From Halobacteriovoraceae bacterium (GTDB lineage Bacteria; Bdellovibrionota; Bacteriovoracia; Bacteriovoracales; Bacteriovoracaceae), in contig CAVRCF010000005.1 in NCBI GenBank assembly GCA_963719505.1, positions 768,001 through 832,000 on the forward strand: a DNA stretch of 64,000 bases, written 5' to 3'. The notes below the pieces were generated by a model. The model ran no database searches, was not told the origin of the DNA, and saw only the letters and a program-made list of their open reading frames with translations. Position 1 is the stretch's first letter; every line of letters starts with the position of its first letter. Positions 9,910 to 19,300 of the stretch are shown here, piece by piece. A program made the translations under genes and the position numbers.

Positions 9910-9937
9910 GATATATTAACTAATAATGGAGGTTCAA

Positions 9938-10600
9938 ATGAACAGATTAACACTCACACTCTTTCTTATCCTTACTTTAGTTTCTTGCGGTAAAGAAGAT
10001 GGGTCTTCATCATCTGATTCAACACCTGAGGTGGATCAAAGTCCTGTCGAAGTAGACTACTCTTTTGTTAATTCAAGAAAGGTGGATGATAGGATCTTTT
10101 TAGAGTCTTTTAGATATAGAGAGCTTTATACCTACACTGAGGGACAGGCTTCTGTCGTCATCCCTAAAAGAACAACCTTAACGCTTACGGAGAATGATAT
10201 AAAAGTCTTCGTCAAGGTTGATGAAAGTGATCTCTCAAGGGTTAATGGCCTCACACTTAAGGGCAGTGAACAGCCATGGGCACAGATGAAGTTTAAATCT
10301 CAAGTCACCGACGATATTGTAAAAATTTGTGTTCAGTTTCAGCCTAAGAGTCAAATGATTACGAAAACTGGCCTCACTGAAGTAGAACTCAACAAAAAAA
10401 CAGTTTTCACAGCTCTGGGTGATAGTAAAAACTGTGTCGGAATATCCGCAAATGGAATTGATGTTTTTAATGGAATAGAAAAAAGCTACTTAGTTGTTGA
10501 TGATACACAATCGATAGAAGCAGAAGCTAAATCAGATATGAAAGCCGGTAATCAAAGAGTAGGAACACAAGTAGAATTTTCATTTGAAATTGAACAGTAA
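9938..10600 (+). CDS. Hypothetical lipoprotein
   Basis: GGAGG RBS, lipobox LVSC, Ser-rich linker. Confidence 0.7.
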   Translation: MNRLTLTLFLILTLVSCGKEDGSSSSDSTPEVDQSPVEVDYSFVNSRKVDDRIFLESFRYRELYTYTEGQASVVIPKRTTLTLTENDIKVFVKVDESDLSRVNGLTLKGSEQPWAQMKFKSQVTDDIVKICVQFQPKSQMITKTGLTEVELNKKTVFTALGDSKNCVGISANGIDVFNGIEKSYLVVDDTQSIEAEAKSDMKAGNQRVGTQVEFSFEIEQ

Positions 10601-10730
10601 AATCAAAACGATGTCTAAGATGCTTAATATCAAACAATAGGTTTGATTTTTTAAATTTTTTAACGACCTCTCCCTCTTGTACACTAAAAGTGCCCAATGC
10701 TTGGGCTACTTTGATAAAAAGGAGATCATG

Positions 10731-11078
10731 ATGAAATTTGTCTTTAAAAATATGGAGAGGTCTGAATTCATTGAAAGGAAAGTCTCAAATAAAATTGAAA
10801 GTTTTCAAGAAAAATTTCCTTCACTCAAGCTCTCAGAAATAATATGCACTATTAAAGCAAGTAAATCCTCACCTCAAAAAACCAGCGAGAAGTTCAGAGT
10901 AAAACTCAAAATTAATACAGGTAAGTACAGTGGTCTTATTTTGGAAAAAACATCAAACTTATTTCACAAAGCTCTCACAGAAGTAACCGATGGCATTCAT
11001 GAGAGGCTTAGAAGGTTTGACGGAAAGAAATTAAAGCAAAAAAGACAGCTCGCTTCTTTGAAAACTTTAAACAGCTAG
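10731..11078 (+). CDS. HPF/RaiA-family ribosome-associated protein
   Basis: FKNMERSEFIE..V..KI and LFHKALTEV...HERL pattern; GGAG RBS. Confidence 0.6.
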   Translation: MKFVFKNMERSEFIERKVSNKIESFQEKFPSLKLSEIICTIKASKSSPQKTSEKFRVKLKINTGKYSGLILEKTSNLFHKALTEVTDGIHERLRRFDGKKLKQKRQLASLKTLNS

Positions 11079-11090
11079 CAAAACTAGCTA

Positions 11091-11819
11091 TCATTTAAGG
11101 AGCATCCAAATTCCCATACCGATCATCATAAGATTTTCGGTTAGAGATATAAAGCCAAGAGGTACATTACTATCACCTCCGACACAAGCACATTTAAGTT
11201 CTCGCTTATCGATGTAGACTGCTTTGATAACAGAATAGCCACCCACGGCTCCAATAAAGATGGAAATCAAGGAGACAAAGGTAAGAAAAGAACCTGCGAT
11301 CATTCCTATACCGGCAATACCTTCAGCAAATGGATACACATAGGCATAGCGCAGATATTTTTTTGCCAAGACATCATAGGTAATAAATTGGTTAGAAAAT
11401 GAGTAAAGATCTTGAAGCTTTTGAATAGCTAAGACGGTCATACTAATGGCAATAAAACTTTCAAAAAAGTATAGAAAATTAAAACGATCTAACGTTGAAA
11501 AAGAAAAGGCTAAGGCCATAAGAGCTGTCGTTGAAAAAATGGCAATAATTGGCTGATAGGTCGTTCCCGCCTGCTTTAAAGTTTTAATATTAAAGTGTTC
11601 CACTAAATCGTCATAGCCACCAATTCTTTTACCCGCAATAAAGGTCTGTGGTGTGGTTTTCACATCATACTCATCTTTGAAGGCATCGGTCTGTTCACGA
11701 GTATTTAAGGTATGATCTTCGACCTCATATCCTTCTCTTTCTAAAAGGTCTTTCGACTTCATACCAAAAGGACATATATGTTGATCGGTCACCATTCTAT
11801 ATAAAACTGCTTTTTTCAT
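11091..11819 (-). CDS. Glutaredoxin-MauE fusion membrane protein
   Basis: N-terminal CPFG...TTPQTFI.GKRIGGYDDL (Grx); C-terminal LKCACVGG...SLTENLMM (MauE/DoxX). Confidence 0.85.
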   Translation of the reverse strand: MKKAVLYRMVTDQHICPFGMKSKDLLEREGYEVEDHTLNTREQTDAFKDEYDVKTTPQTFIAGKRIGGYDDLVEHFNIKTLKQAGTTYQPIIAIFSTTALMALAFSFSTLDRFNFLYFFESFIAISMTVLAIQKLQDLYSFSNQFITYDVLAKKYLRYAYVYPFAEGIAGIGMIAGSFLTFVSLISIFIGAVGGYSVIKAVYIDKRELKCACVGGDSNVPLGFISLTENLMMIGMGIWMLLK

Positions 11820-11904
11820 TTAACCTCCTTATAGTAAGGATAAAAGAAATCGAGACTCTTATCCCCCAATACATAATAAAGCTTTGTGATTAATTTTTTA
11901 CATA

Positions 11905-12435
11905 TTAGGCTTTAGGCGCACCACAGTGAGGCATATCCGGAGCATAAGGGTTATGAACTTTTGTCATTTTCTTTACATTTTGAAGCCAATACTTTTTAAC
12001 CATGGGGCAGTAAAAGAGGCCATAACGACCATCTAAGTCAATTTTTGTGATGATGATATCGTTTAATCTCTTTGAGATATTGTCTAAGAGGCTATTATTA
12101 ATACTTCTACTGTTTTCCGTTTTTATCGCACTAATTAATTTTTGCACATTGTCTTTTTCTAATTTATCTTTCACCATTTCAATTTTTATGAGAGCAAGCT
12201 TTTCAGAGAGTACCTTGGCTTTTTTTACGACTTCGTCTTTGTCATACTCAAAGTATGCAAAATGAAGTTGATCGTAAGCTTGAAGAGCATTGTAAATAAT
12301 TTCTTTATTTTTATCATTCACCTTCATCATTTCAGAACTAAAAGCTTTAGAGTTAAAGCCTATGAGAACCAAACCAACAAAGGCTATAAACCTAAATTGA
12401 AATATTGTTAGAAGTGAGTTACTTAGAAATTTCAT
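11905..12435 (-). CDS. DUF3347-like periplasmic metal-binding protein
   Basis: FYCPMVKKYWLQ...NPYAPDMPHCG motif; overlaps the cusA end. Confidence 0.75.
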   Translation of the reverse strand: MKFLSNSLLTIFQFRFIAFVGLVLIGFNSKAFSSEMMKVNDKNKEIIYNALQAYDQLHFAYFEYDKDEVVKKAKVLSEKLALIKIEMVKDKLEKDNVQKLISAIKTENSRSINNSLLDNISKRLNDIIITKIDLDGRYGLFYCPMVKKYWLQNVKKMTKVHNPYAPDMPHCGAPKA

Positions 12436-15400
12436 ATTTTTCTCCTTTAGAAATATTTTTTTGTTCGAAATAAGAATAAACTATTGGTACAGCAAAAAGA
12501 GTAATAAACTCAACCATCATCCCGCCTAAAGCTGGAATGGCCATGGGTTTCATGACCTCACTACCAGTACTTGTCGACCACATAATAGGAACGAGGGCAA
12601 CAATAGTCGTCGTTGTTGTCATGACTAAGGGTCTAATTCTTCTCGTCCCTGCTTCAAGAATACAATCCTTTAACCCAACCCAATCGGTGGGTTTATGAAT
12701 CCTAATTGCTTTTTGCAGGTATGTCATCATCACTACACCGTCGTCCACTGCAATCCCAAAAAGGGCAATAAAACCAACCCAAACGGCGACAGAAGCATTA
12801 AAACCACCTAGCCATAATAAAATAAGACCCCCTGAAAATGCAATTGGCACAGCACTAAAAATGATCGCCGCATTACGAAGATTCCTTATTCCTAGGTAGA
12901 TGATTATAAGATTAATAAAAAGAGCGATAGGAACTAATAACATAAGTCTATTGGTCGATCGAACTTGGCTCTCGTATTGTCCTGCCCATTGAAGAGAATA
13001 GCCTTCAGGGAGGTTAACCTTTTTAGAAATTTTTCCCTGTGCCTCTTCAACAAATCCAAGAAGATCTCGATTAGTGACATTCAAGAGAACGACCGAACGA
13101 AGCATCCCGTTTTCAGACTGGATCATCGCCGGACCAGTCACAATATTTACTCTTGCAAGTTGATCAAGAGGAATATGTTGTCCTAAAGGGCTTGGAACCA
13201 AAACTTTTTTTAAATCATCAATTCTATCTCTGAGCTCTTTTTTATATCTCACTCTTATGGGGTACCTCTGTCGTCCGTCATAGAACTGACCTATTGTCAT
13301 TCCACCAACCGCGGTTTGAAGTGTTCTATTGATGGTTCCCGTATTTATTCCGTAACGACTAGCGGCCACTCTATCGATATCAAACTCGATATAAGGTTTA
13401 CCTGTTATCTGCTGTGCATATACACCCGTAGAACCTTCAATTTTTTCTAGCTCAGTCCCAATTTTAGAAGCCAATATTTCCAAGGTTTCTAAATCGGGTC
13501 CAAAAATTTTAACACCCACTTGAGTCTTAATACCCGATGAGATCATCGATATACGATTCTCAATAGGAAATAACCACGAGTTCACAAGACCAGGGACTTG
13601 CATGGCTTTATCCAGCTCTTGGATGATATCGTAAATAGACATTCCACTTGGCCACTGATCCTTAGGAATAAGTTTAATTACTGTTTCAAACATTGAAATG
13701 GGTGCAGGATCAATAGCGGTGTCGGCACGACCAAGCTTTCCAACAGCATCTTGAACCAAGGGATGTTTCTTTAACTGACGGTCGGTATAAGCCAAAAGTT
13801 CCCGAGCCTTCGTCATGCTGACATCAGTTGTTGTAACCGGCATATACAAAATCTCCCCTTCATTGAGAGAAGGCATAAACTCACGTCCAAGTTGAGTGTA
13901 GGCGTACCCACCTAAAAGGATAATGAGAAAAGGAAAGAGAACAAACAGAAGCCTTCTTTCTAGGAAAAAATTTAGAACAGGTTTGTAGAAATTAATTATC
14001 GAGCGACTCACTGTATTCTTTTCAATAGGTTTTAGATTACCTTTTAGGAAGAAAACACTCAAAGCTGGTATAAGAACAATAGCCACAATAACGGACCCTC
14101 CCATGGCCAAAGTTTTTGCCCAAGCGAGGGGGCCAAAAAGCTTTCCTTCACTCCCCTCTAAACCAAAGACCGGAAGAAAGGTAACAATTGTCGTTGCAAC
14201 AGCTGTAAAGATAGCTGGTCCAACTTCTCGTGCTGACTTTATGATAATTGAGACTCTTTGTTTTTTATTGATATTAGGATTTTCTGAAAGACTCGAGTAG
14301 ATATTCTCAGTCATGATAATTCCCATATCCACCATCGAACCGATAGCGATAACGAGTCCAGATAAACTCATAACGTTTGAGTCAATTCCAATAAGCTTCA
14401 TGAGAATAAAACTTATTCCAACCCCCAAAGGTAGTGTTAATGAAATTAATATGGACGTTTTAAAGTGCAGCAGAAAAAGAAAGACGATTACTATTGTTAT
14501 TATAATTTCTTGTGATAACGCCGTATAGACAGTTCCAATTGTTCTTTCAATAACCTCTGTTCTATCATAAAAAGGAACGAGCTTAACCCCTTTTGGAAGA
14601 CCTTGCTTAATTGTTTTAAACTTCTCTTTTACTCTATCAATAATAATTTTTGGATTTTCACCATAGCGCATAGTTACAACACCACCTACTGATTCAACTC
14701 CATTTTTATCCAGCGCCCCTCTTCTAAAAGCCGGCCCCGTACCAACGGAGGCTATATCCTTGACACGAATAGGCGTTTTATCCTTAACATCTATGACAAC
14801 ATTTTCGATGTCCGTTAAAGATTTAAAAAAGCCCTTTCCACGAACGACAAATTCTCTATCTCCTTCTTCAATAACCTCGGCTCCAACATCGATATTACTG
14901 TTTTCAATCGCCTCTATGACTTTACTAAAGTGAATATCAAAAGCGAAAAGACGAGTAGGATCCACATCAATTTGATATTCTTTTACAAAGCCTCCGATAC
15001 TTGCAACTTCACTTACTCCACTGACTCTTTGAAGAAGATACTTTACATAGAAATCTTGAATTGATCTCAATTCTCCTAAAGACTTTGGAGTGATTGAGTC
15101 TTTCTCATTTTCTAAGGTATACCAAAAAATCTGTCCTAGACCTGTTGCATCTGGACCCATAGATGGAGTAACTCCACTGGGAAGTTCGCTTTTTCCAACT
15201 GAAAGTTTTTCAAGAACTCTACTTCTAGACCAATAAAAATCGATATCATCTTCAAAAATAATAGAAATAGAGGAAAAACCAAATGCTGATGTTCCCCTTA
15301 TATTTTTAACTCCGGGTATACCTTGCAAGATAATACTCAAAGGATAAGTAATTTGCTCCTCAATATCTTTTGGAGAGCGACCTGCCCACGTTGTAAAAAC

Positions 15401-15544
15401 AATTTGCTGATTTTCTCCAATGTCAGGGATAGCATCAATTCTAGCTGTTCTTAAGCTTAGGATTGACAAAAACGTAATCCCGATAAAAATGAGAACGACA
15501 ACCATTCTATTTCTAATTGATAATTCTATTAACCGACTTATCAT
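12419..15544 (-). CDS. cusA: CusA/CzcA-family heavy-metal RND permease
   Basis: DAIPDIGENQQIV, GPDATGLG, GSMVD, RIRPLVMT, MKPMAIP motifs; 1041 aa. Confidence 0.92.
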   Translation of the reverse strand: MISRLIELSIRNRMVVVLIFIGITFLSILSLRTARIDAIPDIGENQQIVFTTWAGRSPKDIEEQITYPLSIILQGIPGVKNIRGTSAFGFSSISIIFEDDIDFYWSRSRVLEKLSVGKSELPSGVTPSMGPDATGLGQIFWYTLENEKDSITPKSLGELRSIQDFYVKYLLQRVSGVSEVASIGGFVKEYQIDVDPTRLFAFDIHFSKVIEAIENSNIDVGAEVIEEGDREFVVRGKGFFKSLTDIENVVIDVKDKTPIRVKDIASVGTGPAFRRGALDKNGVESVGGVVTMRYGENPKIIIDRVKEKFKTIKQGLPKGVKLVPFYDRTEVIERTIGTVYTALSQEIIITIVIVFLFLLHFKTSILISLTLPLGVGISFILMKLIGIDSNVMSLSGLVIAIGSMVDMGIIMTENIYSSLSENPNINKKQRVSIIIKSAREVGPAIFTAVATTIVTFLPVFGLEGSEGKLFGPLAWAKTLAMGGSVIVAIVLIPALSVFFLKGNLKPIEKNTVSRSIINFYKPVLNFFLERRLLFVLFPFLIILLGGYAYTQLGREFMPSLNEGEILYMPVTTTDVSMTKARELLAYTDRQLKKHPLVQDAVGKLGRADTAIDPAPISMFETVIKLIPKDQWPSGMSIYDIIQELDKAMQVPGLVNSWLFPIENRISMISSGIKTQVGVKIFGPDLETLEILASKIGTELEKIEGSTGVYAQQITGKPYIEFDIDRVAASRYGINTGTINRTLQTAVGGMTIGQFYDGRQRYPIRVRYKKELRDRIDDLKKVLVPSPLGQHIPLDQLARVNIVTGPAMIQSENGMLRSVVLLNVTNRDLLGFVEEAQGKISKKVNLPEGYSLQWAGQYESQVRSTNRLMLLVPIALFINLIIIYLGIRNLRNAAIIFSAVPIAFSGGLILLWLGGFNASVAVWVGFIALFGIAVDDGVVMMTYLQKAIRIHKPTDWVGLKDCILEAGTRRIRPLVMTTTTTIVALVPIMWSTSTGSEVMKPMAIPALGGMMVEFITLFAVPIVYSYFEQKNISKGEKYEISK

Positions 15545-15553
15545 CTAAAATCC

Positions 15554-16891
15554 CTAGTTCTTGTCTGATGTTGGCGTTGACATTTCTTCATAACCACCAA
15601 AGAGTTGAGCTTGTGCGTCTAGTAGGAAGTTTCCTTCAATGACGACTTGTTCGCCCTCAACAAGCCCTTGTTTAACTTCGACATATCCTTCTGACTCGTA
15701 GCCGGCTTTAATCTTTTTTGCTCTAAATTCTTTTTCATTCACTCTGGTCCAAACAACTTTCCTTTTCCCCGTATCAATAACTGCACTTCTTGGAATAACG
15801 AGAGGTGTTCCTGGGATTTCTATCGTCAAGGTTCCACTGGCCACCATCGCAGGCTTTAACATTCCTTTGGTATTTTTAATAGTCGTTCTTATTTTTAGCG
15901 TTCTTGTTTTTGGATTAAGGACGGGACTTACGAAATCAATAAGACCAGAAATTTCTTCTCCAGGATGAGCACTAAAAGTAAGCTCGATGCTCTGACCATT
16001 TTTAACAAGAGCAGAGTCACTCTCATAGACATCTAGCTCTATCCAAACCTCACTCAAGTCTGAAAGCTCAAAAAAGTTTTCTCCTTCTTTGAAGTATTTT
16101 CCAACGATAGCTTTTCTCTGCCTCACGATTCCTGTCGCTGGAGAATAGATCTTTATGCTCTTTGGAACTTTTTTTTCTTTGTACCATTTTTCATACTGAA
16201 ATGATTTCACTCCCCACTGCTCTAGGCGCTGTTCACTTTGGGAGTACATATCTTTAAAGTCCTTAGATTTTGTTTTGTCATAGCTTGTTCTGGCAATGAT
16301 GTACTCCTCACCCGCGGTAATAAGCTTAGGACTATAAAGTTCTAAAACGAGATCATCTTCTTGGATAAAGCTTCCTGTTGAGCTAACATAGACTTTCTCT
16401 ACTCTTCCATCTATCCTAGCCGGAATACTGCTTTCTTTTTCTTCTGACTGCATTACGGAACCTAGAAGCCTTATTTTTTTTACCATCTTCATAGGAGTCA
16501 CCTCAAAGAAGGCAGGAGAAAAATGACTTAACTGGGCCTCTCGAAGCCTAACCTTTCCAATCTCTTCTAAGATATCATGATCTTTCTTTACCATTTCAGT
16601 TCCATCGGTTGGACAAACCTCTTTTTTATCACTTGTAATATCTGGAAAGTTTTTACAGTACCAAACTTCTTTGTGCTCAGAAACTTCTGGATTTGATTTA
16701 TCAATCTCAACTTTAGTCAAATTCATATGACAGATGGGACATTTACCAGGTTTGGATTCTCTTATTTGAGGATGCATAGCACAGGTGTAGAAGACCTCAC
16801 TACTGGTATGATTATGCTTTACGGGATCGATACTCTTTGAGCAACTCATAAAGCTCACTGATAAAAAGATGGCGATGATTATTTTATCCAT
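15554..16891 (-). CDS. cusB: RND periplasmic adaptor (CusB-like) with heavy-metal-binding domains
   Basis: YTCAMHPQI..KPGKCPICHMNL and a second WYC..CP.DG.EM domain; MFP core. Confidence 0.88.
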   Translation of the reverse strand: MDKIIIAIFLSVSFMSCSKSIDPVKHNHTSSEVFYTCAMHPQIRESKPGKCPICHMNLTKVEIDKSNPEVSEHKEVWYCKNFPDITSDKKEVCPTDGTEMVKKDHDILEEIGKVRLREAQLSHFSPAFFEVTPMKMVKKIRLLGSVMQSEEKESSIPARIDGRVEKVYVSSTGSFIQEDDLVLELYSPKLITAGEEYIIARTSYDKTKSKDFKDMYSQSEQRLEQWGVKSFQYEKWYKEKKVPKSIKIYSPATGIVRQRKAIVGKYFKEGENFFELSDLSEVWIELDVYESDSALVKNGQSIELTFSAHPGEEISGLIDFVSPVLNPKTRTLKIRTTIKNTKGMLKPAMVASGTLTIEIPGTPLVIPRSAVIDTGKRKVVWTRVNEKEFRAKKIKAGYESEGYVEVKQGLVEGEQVVIEGNFLLDAQAQLFGGYEEMSTPTSDKN

Positions 16892-18080
16892 TTAATTTTT
16901 CTCCACGAAGTAGTTTTCTCTCAAGCCTTAAAAGAGAAATTTTTTCTCTCATATTTTCTCTTCGAAGAAGAAGATTCTGCAATTTAAGTTCAGACTGTAA
17001 TAAAGCGACATAGGTTCCTTCCCCAAGTGAGTAAGATTTTGATGTCACCTTTCTTGAATTTTCAGCAAATCGAATCGTTTTTGAATTGAGAATATTTAGC
17101 TCTAATTGAATTTTTGAAATTGAAAGATCAATTTTTCGAAGTGTAGATGTTTTTTGTCTTTTGTAATTATTTAAATCTTTAGTCGCTGAGTATCTTTCAT
17201 TAACGGCACTGGAGTTGGAAGCATATCTCTTATCTGAAAAAGGAAGAGGGAATGAAACAGAGGCACTCACAAAGTCGCCAAGGTCATCGACATCGGCTCT
17301 TTTCCGATAAGATGCCCCAATAGTGATGTCTGGCACATAATTCAGTTGACTTGCATTCACCAGATGGTCTTTAGATTTTAATTTTGACTCTAGCGCCAGA
17401 AGATTTGGATCACTTTTTTCATTGGATTTCTTTTTAAGAACGCTCCAAGGAATACTATTCATTTCCAGTTCCACATCTTTTCCTACAAGATAGATGAGGT
17501 TGGATTCAACATCTTTGAGATCAAATTTCATATTGCTAATCTGAGCGTCGACTTCAGATTTTCTAATCTCTAAATCTAAAAGAGCTTGTTGGGATATTTT
17601 CCCATTTGAATATAAACGTTTCGATGTCTTTATATTATTTTTAAGCCAAGAAGCATTTTCTTTTAAAATTTTTATCTCCTCTAAAAGCTTCTTTTTTATT
17701 ATCGCTATTTTCCAAAGTTCCGCTTTAAGCCTCCTCTCGATAGTCTGGGAGTGATAACTCTCAGCATCAGATAGCCTACTATAGGATTGATCTATATTTC
17801 CATATTTTGACGTTAAGGGAATCGTTTGACTGATACCAATTTCAACTCCGGTCATGGGTGAATCATCATTTGCCAAGGAATCTACAGGGAAATTTGAAGC
17901 AGAAATTTTTAAATTTGGATCCCCCCAAGATGAACCAAGCTCACCTTGAGCCTTGAGCATTTTTGCTTTATATTTTATTGATTCTACCTGGTCGTGACTC
18001 TCAATAGCAGTAATGGCTTCTTTAAAACCTATTGCGTTTGCCACCGAGCAGTAGAGAAATATTAAAAATATTAACCTCAT
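16884..18080 (-). CDS. TolC-family outer membrane efflux protein
   Basis: Signal peptide, WGDP, YVPDITIG, SFPLPF motifs; first gene of the CBA operon. Confidence 0.85.
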   Translation of the reverse strand: MRLIFLIFLYCSVANAIGFKEAITAIESHDQVESIKYKAKMLKAQGELGSSWGDPNLKISASNFPVDSLANDDSPMTGVEIGISQTIPLTSKYGNIDQSYSRLSDAESYHSQTIERRLKAELWKIAIIKKKLLEEIKILKENASWLKNNIKTSKRLYSNGKISQQALLDLEIRKSEVDAQISNMKFDLKDVESNLIYLVGKDVELEMNSIPWSVLKKKSNEKSDPNLLALESKLKSKDHLVNASQLNYVPDITIGASYRKRADVDDLGDFVSASVSFPLPFSDKRYASNSSAVNERYSATKDLNNYKRQKTSTLRKIDLSISKIQLELNILNSKTIRFAENSRKVTSKSYSLGEGTYVALLQSELKLQNLLLRRENMREKISLLRLERKLLRGEKLNG

Positions 18081-18130
18081 AAAAGCATTTCCTCTTAATA
18101 ATAATGATGAACTGTCTTCTTCATCTATCC

Positions 18131-18158
18131 TTACGAAAACAGAAGGTATTTTGTGACA
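18131..18158 (-). promoter_or_regulatory. Putative ECF promoter for the efflux operon
   Basis: Minus strand reads TGTCACAA-AATACCTTCTGTT-TTCGTAA. Confidence 0.7.
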
Positions 18159-18222
18159 TAAAGGATATTTTTTGTATAAAATGAACCTTATTGCAAATAC
18201 TTACACAAGCATGAAAGAAAAA

Positions 18223-18250
18223 TGTCACAATTTTGGCATAAGCTTCGTAA
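18223..18250 (+). promoter_or_regulatory. Putative autoregulatory ECF promoter
   Basis: TGTCACAA-TTTTGGCATAAGC-TTCGTAA, 13 nt before the GTG start of the ECF gene. Confidence 0.7.
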
Positions 18251-18263
18251 CAAAAGGTAGAAA

Positions 18264-18791
18264 GTGTCGAATCCTTATTTAAATTTGAATGATGAGAAAC
18301 TTATGGACCTATATCAAAATGATAATATGCAGGCTTTTGAAGTGATCTATGACCGCTACGAGAGTCGTATCTATAGTTATATAAAGAAAAGAGTGAAAGA
18401 CAAAGAGATGGTAAGTGATATTTTTCAAAATGCTTTTTCAAAATTTCATAGAAGCAGAGATCTATACGATCCAAAGTACCCACTTATCAGTTGGCTTTAT
18501 ACCATTACAAGGAGTGAGCTTCTCGATTTTTTAAAAAAGAAACGAGATGTTTTTGTCAATCTCACTTTTGATATTGAAGAGATTCAAAATGAAGAAGTGG
18601 ATTTATTGGATCTAAGAGATGAAAAATTTTTATCAGAAAATGAAAAAGAAGCTATAGAGCTTAGGTATTATGAAGACAAAGGTTTCAATGAAATCTCAAA
18701 GATATTGAATACAAGTGAATCTAATATAAGAAAAATCATCTCACGAGGAATAAAAAAACTTAGAGTGAAATATAAAGGGCAATCTTTATGA
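18264..18791 (+). CDS. ECF sigma-70 factor
   Basis: Region 2 (DIFQNAF...SWLYTITR) and region 4 (LRYYE..GFNEISKILNTSESNIRKIISRG); no C-terminal extension. Confidence 0.9.
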   Translation: MSNPYLNLNDEKLMDLYQNDNMQAFEVIYDRYESRIYSYIKKRVKDKEMVSDIFQNAFSKFHRSRDLYDPKYPLISWLYTITRSELLDFLKKKRDVFVNLTFDIEEIQNEEVDLLDLRDEKFLSENEKEAIELRYYEDKGFNEISKILNTSESNIRKIISRGIKKLRVKYKGQSL

Positions 18792-19288
18792 GTCTATTTA
18801 GAGAAGAAAAAGACATTCAAATACCAACGAAGCTAAAAGAGAATGTTTTCGCTATGGTGAAGAAAGACCTAAGTCCAGAGCACAAGGTCGTTTTTTTAAA
18901 GCTTCTTTTTATCCAAGCAATTGTGGGTGTGACCACCATGGCTTTTTGTCCGCAGTTTGAAATGAGCCTGACCAACTCACACGAACTTTTTCACTACTTT
19001 CACAGAACTTTTGGCCAGCAAACCTGCATGCTTATTTGTGGCGCTATTTTTATTGGGAGTGGAGCTCTTGTCGCAAACTCTATTCTCTCAAAAGCAGAAA
19101 TAAAACGCATTAAAGGATCTTCATTTCTCTACTACATAACAATTAGCTCCATGGCCGTATCAGCATTTCTTCTCCTTTCCCAAAATACGTATATGATTGT
19201 TGTACCCTTTTGGTTTATTGGGGCAACAGTATCAGGGATTGTTTTCTTTAATCTTATTCACTATATTAGGATAAAGAAAATAGCATAA
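18788..19288 (+). CDS. Putative membrane anti-sigma factor with Cys/His cluster
   Basis: ATGA overlap with the sigma gene; ~4 TM; FCPQF...HELFHYFH...CMLICG. Confidence 0.6.
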   Translation: MSLFREEKDIQIPTKLKENVFAMVKKDLSPEHKVVFLKLLFIQAIVGVTTMAFCPQFEMSLTNSHELFHYFHRTFGQQTCMLICGAIFIGSGALVANSILSKAEIKRIKGSSFLYYITISSMAVSAFLLLSQNTYMIVVPFWFIGATVSGIVFFNLIHYIRIKKIA

Positions 19289-19300
19289 TAGGTATTATAG

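Noticed and set aside
11860-11892. TCACA half-site upstream of the Grx-MauE gene as a third ECF promoter
   Set aside because: No CGTA at the 16-nt spacing seen in the two matching promoters
18264-18791. Assigning the sigma factor to ECF41 or to CorE/ECF44
   Set aside because: It has neither a SnoaL-like C-terminal extension nor a Cys-rich tail
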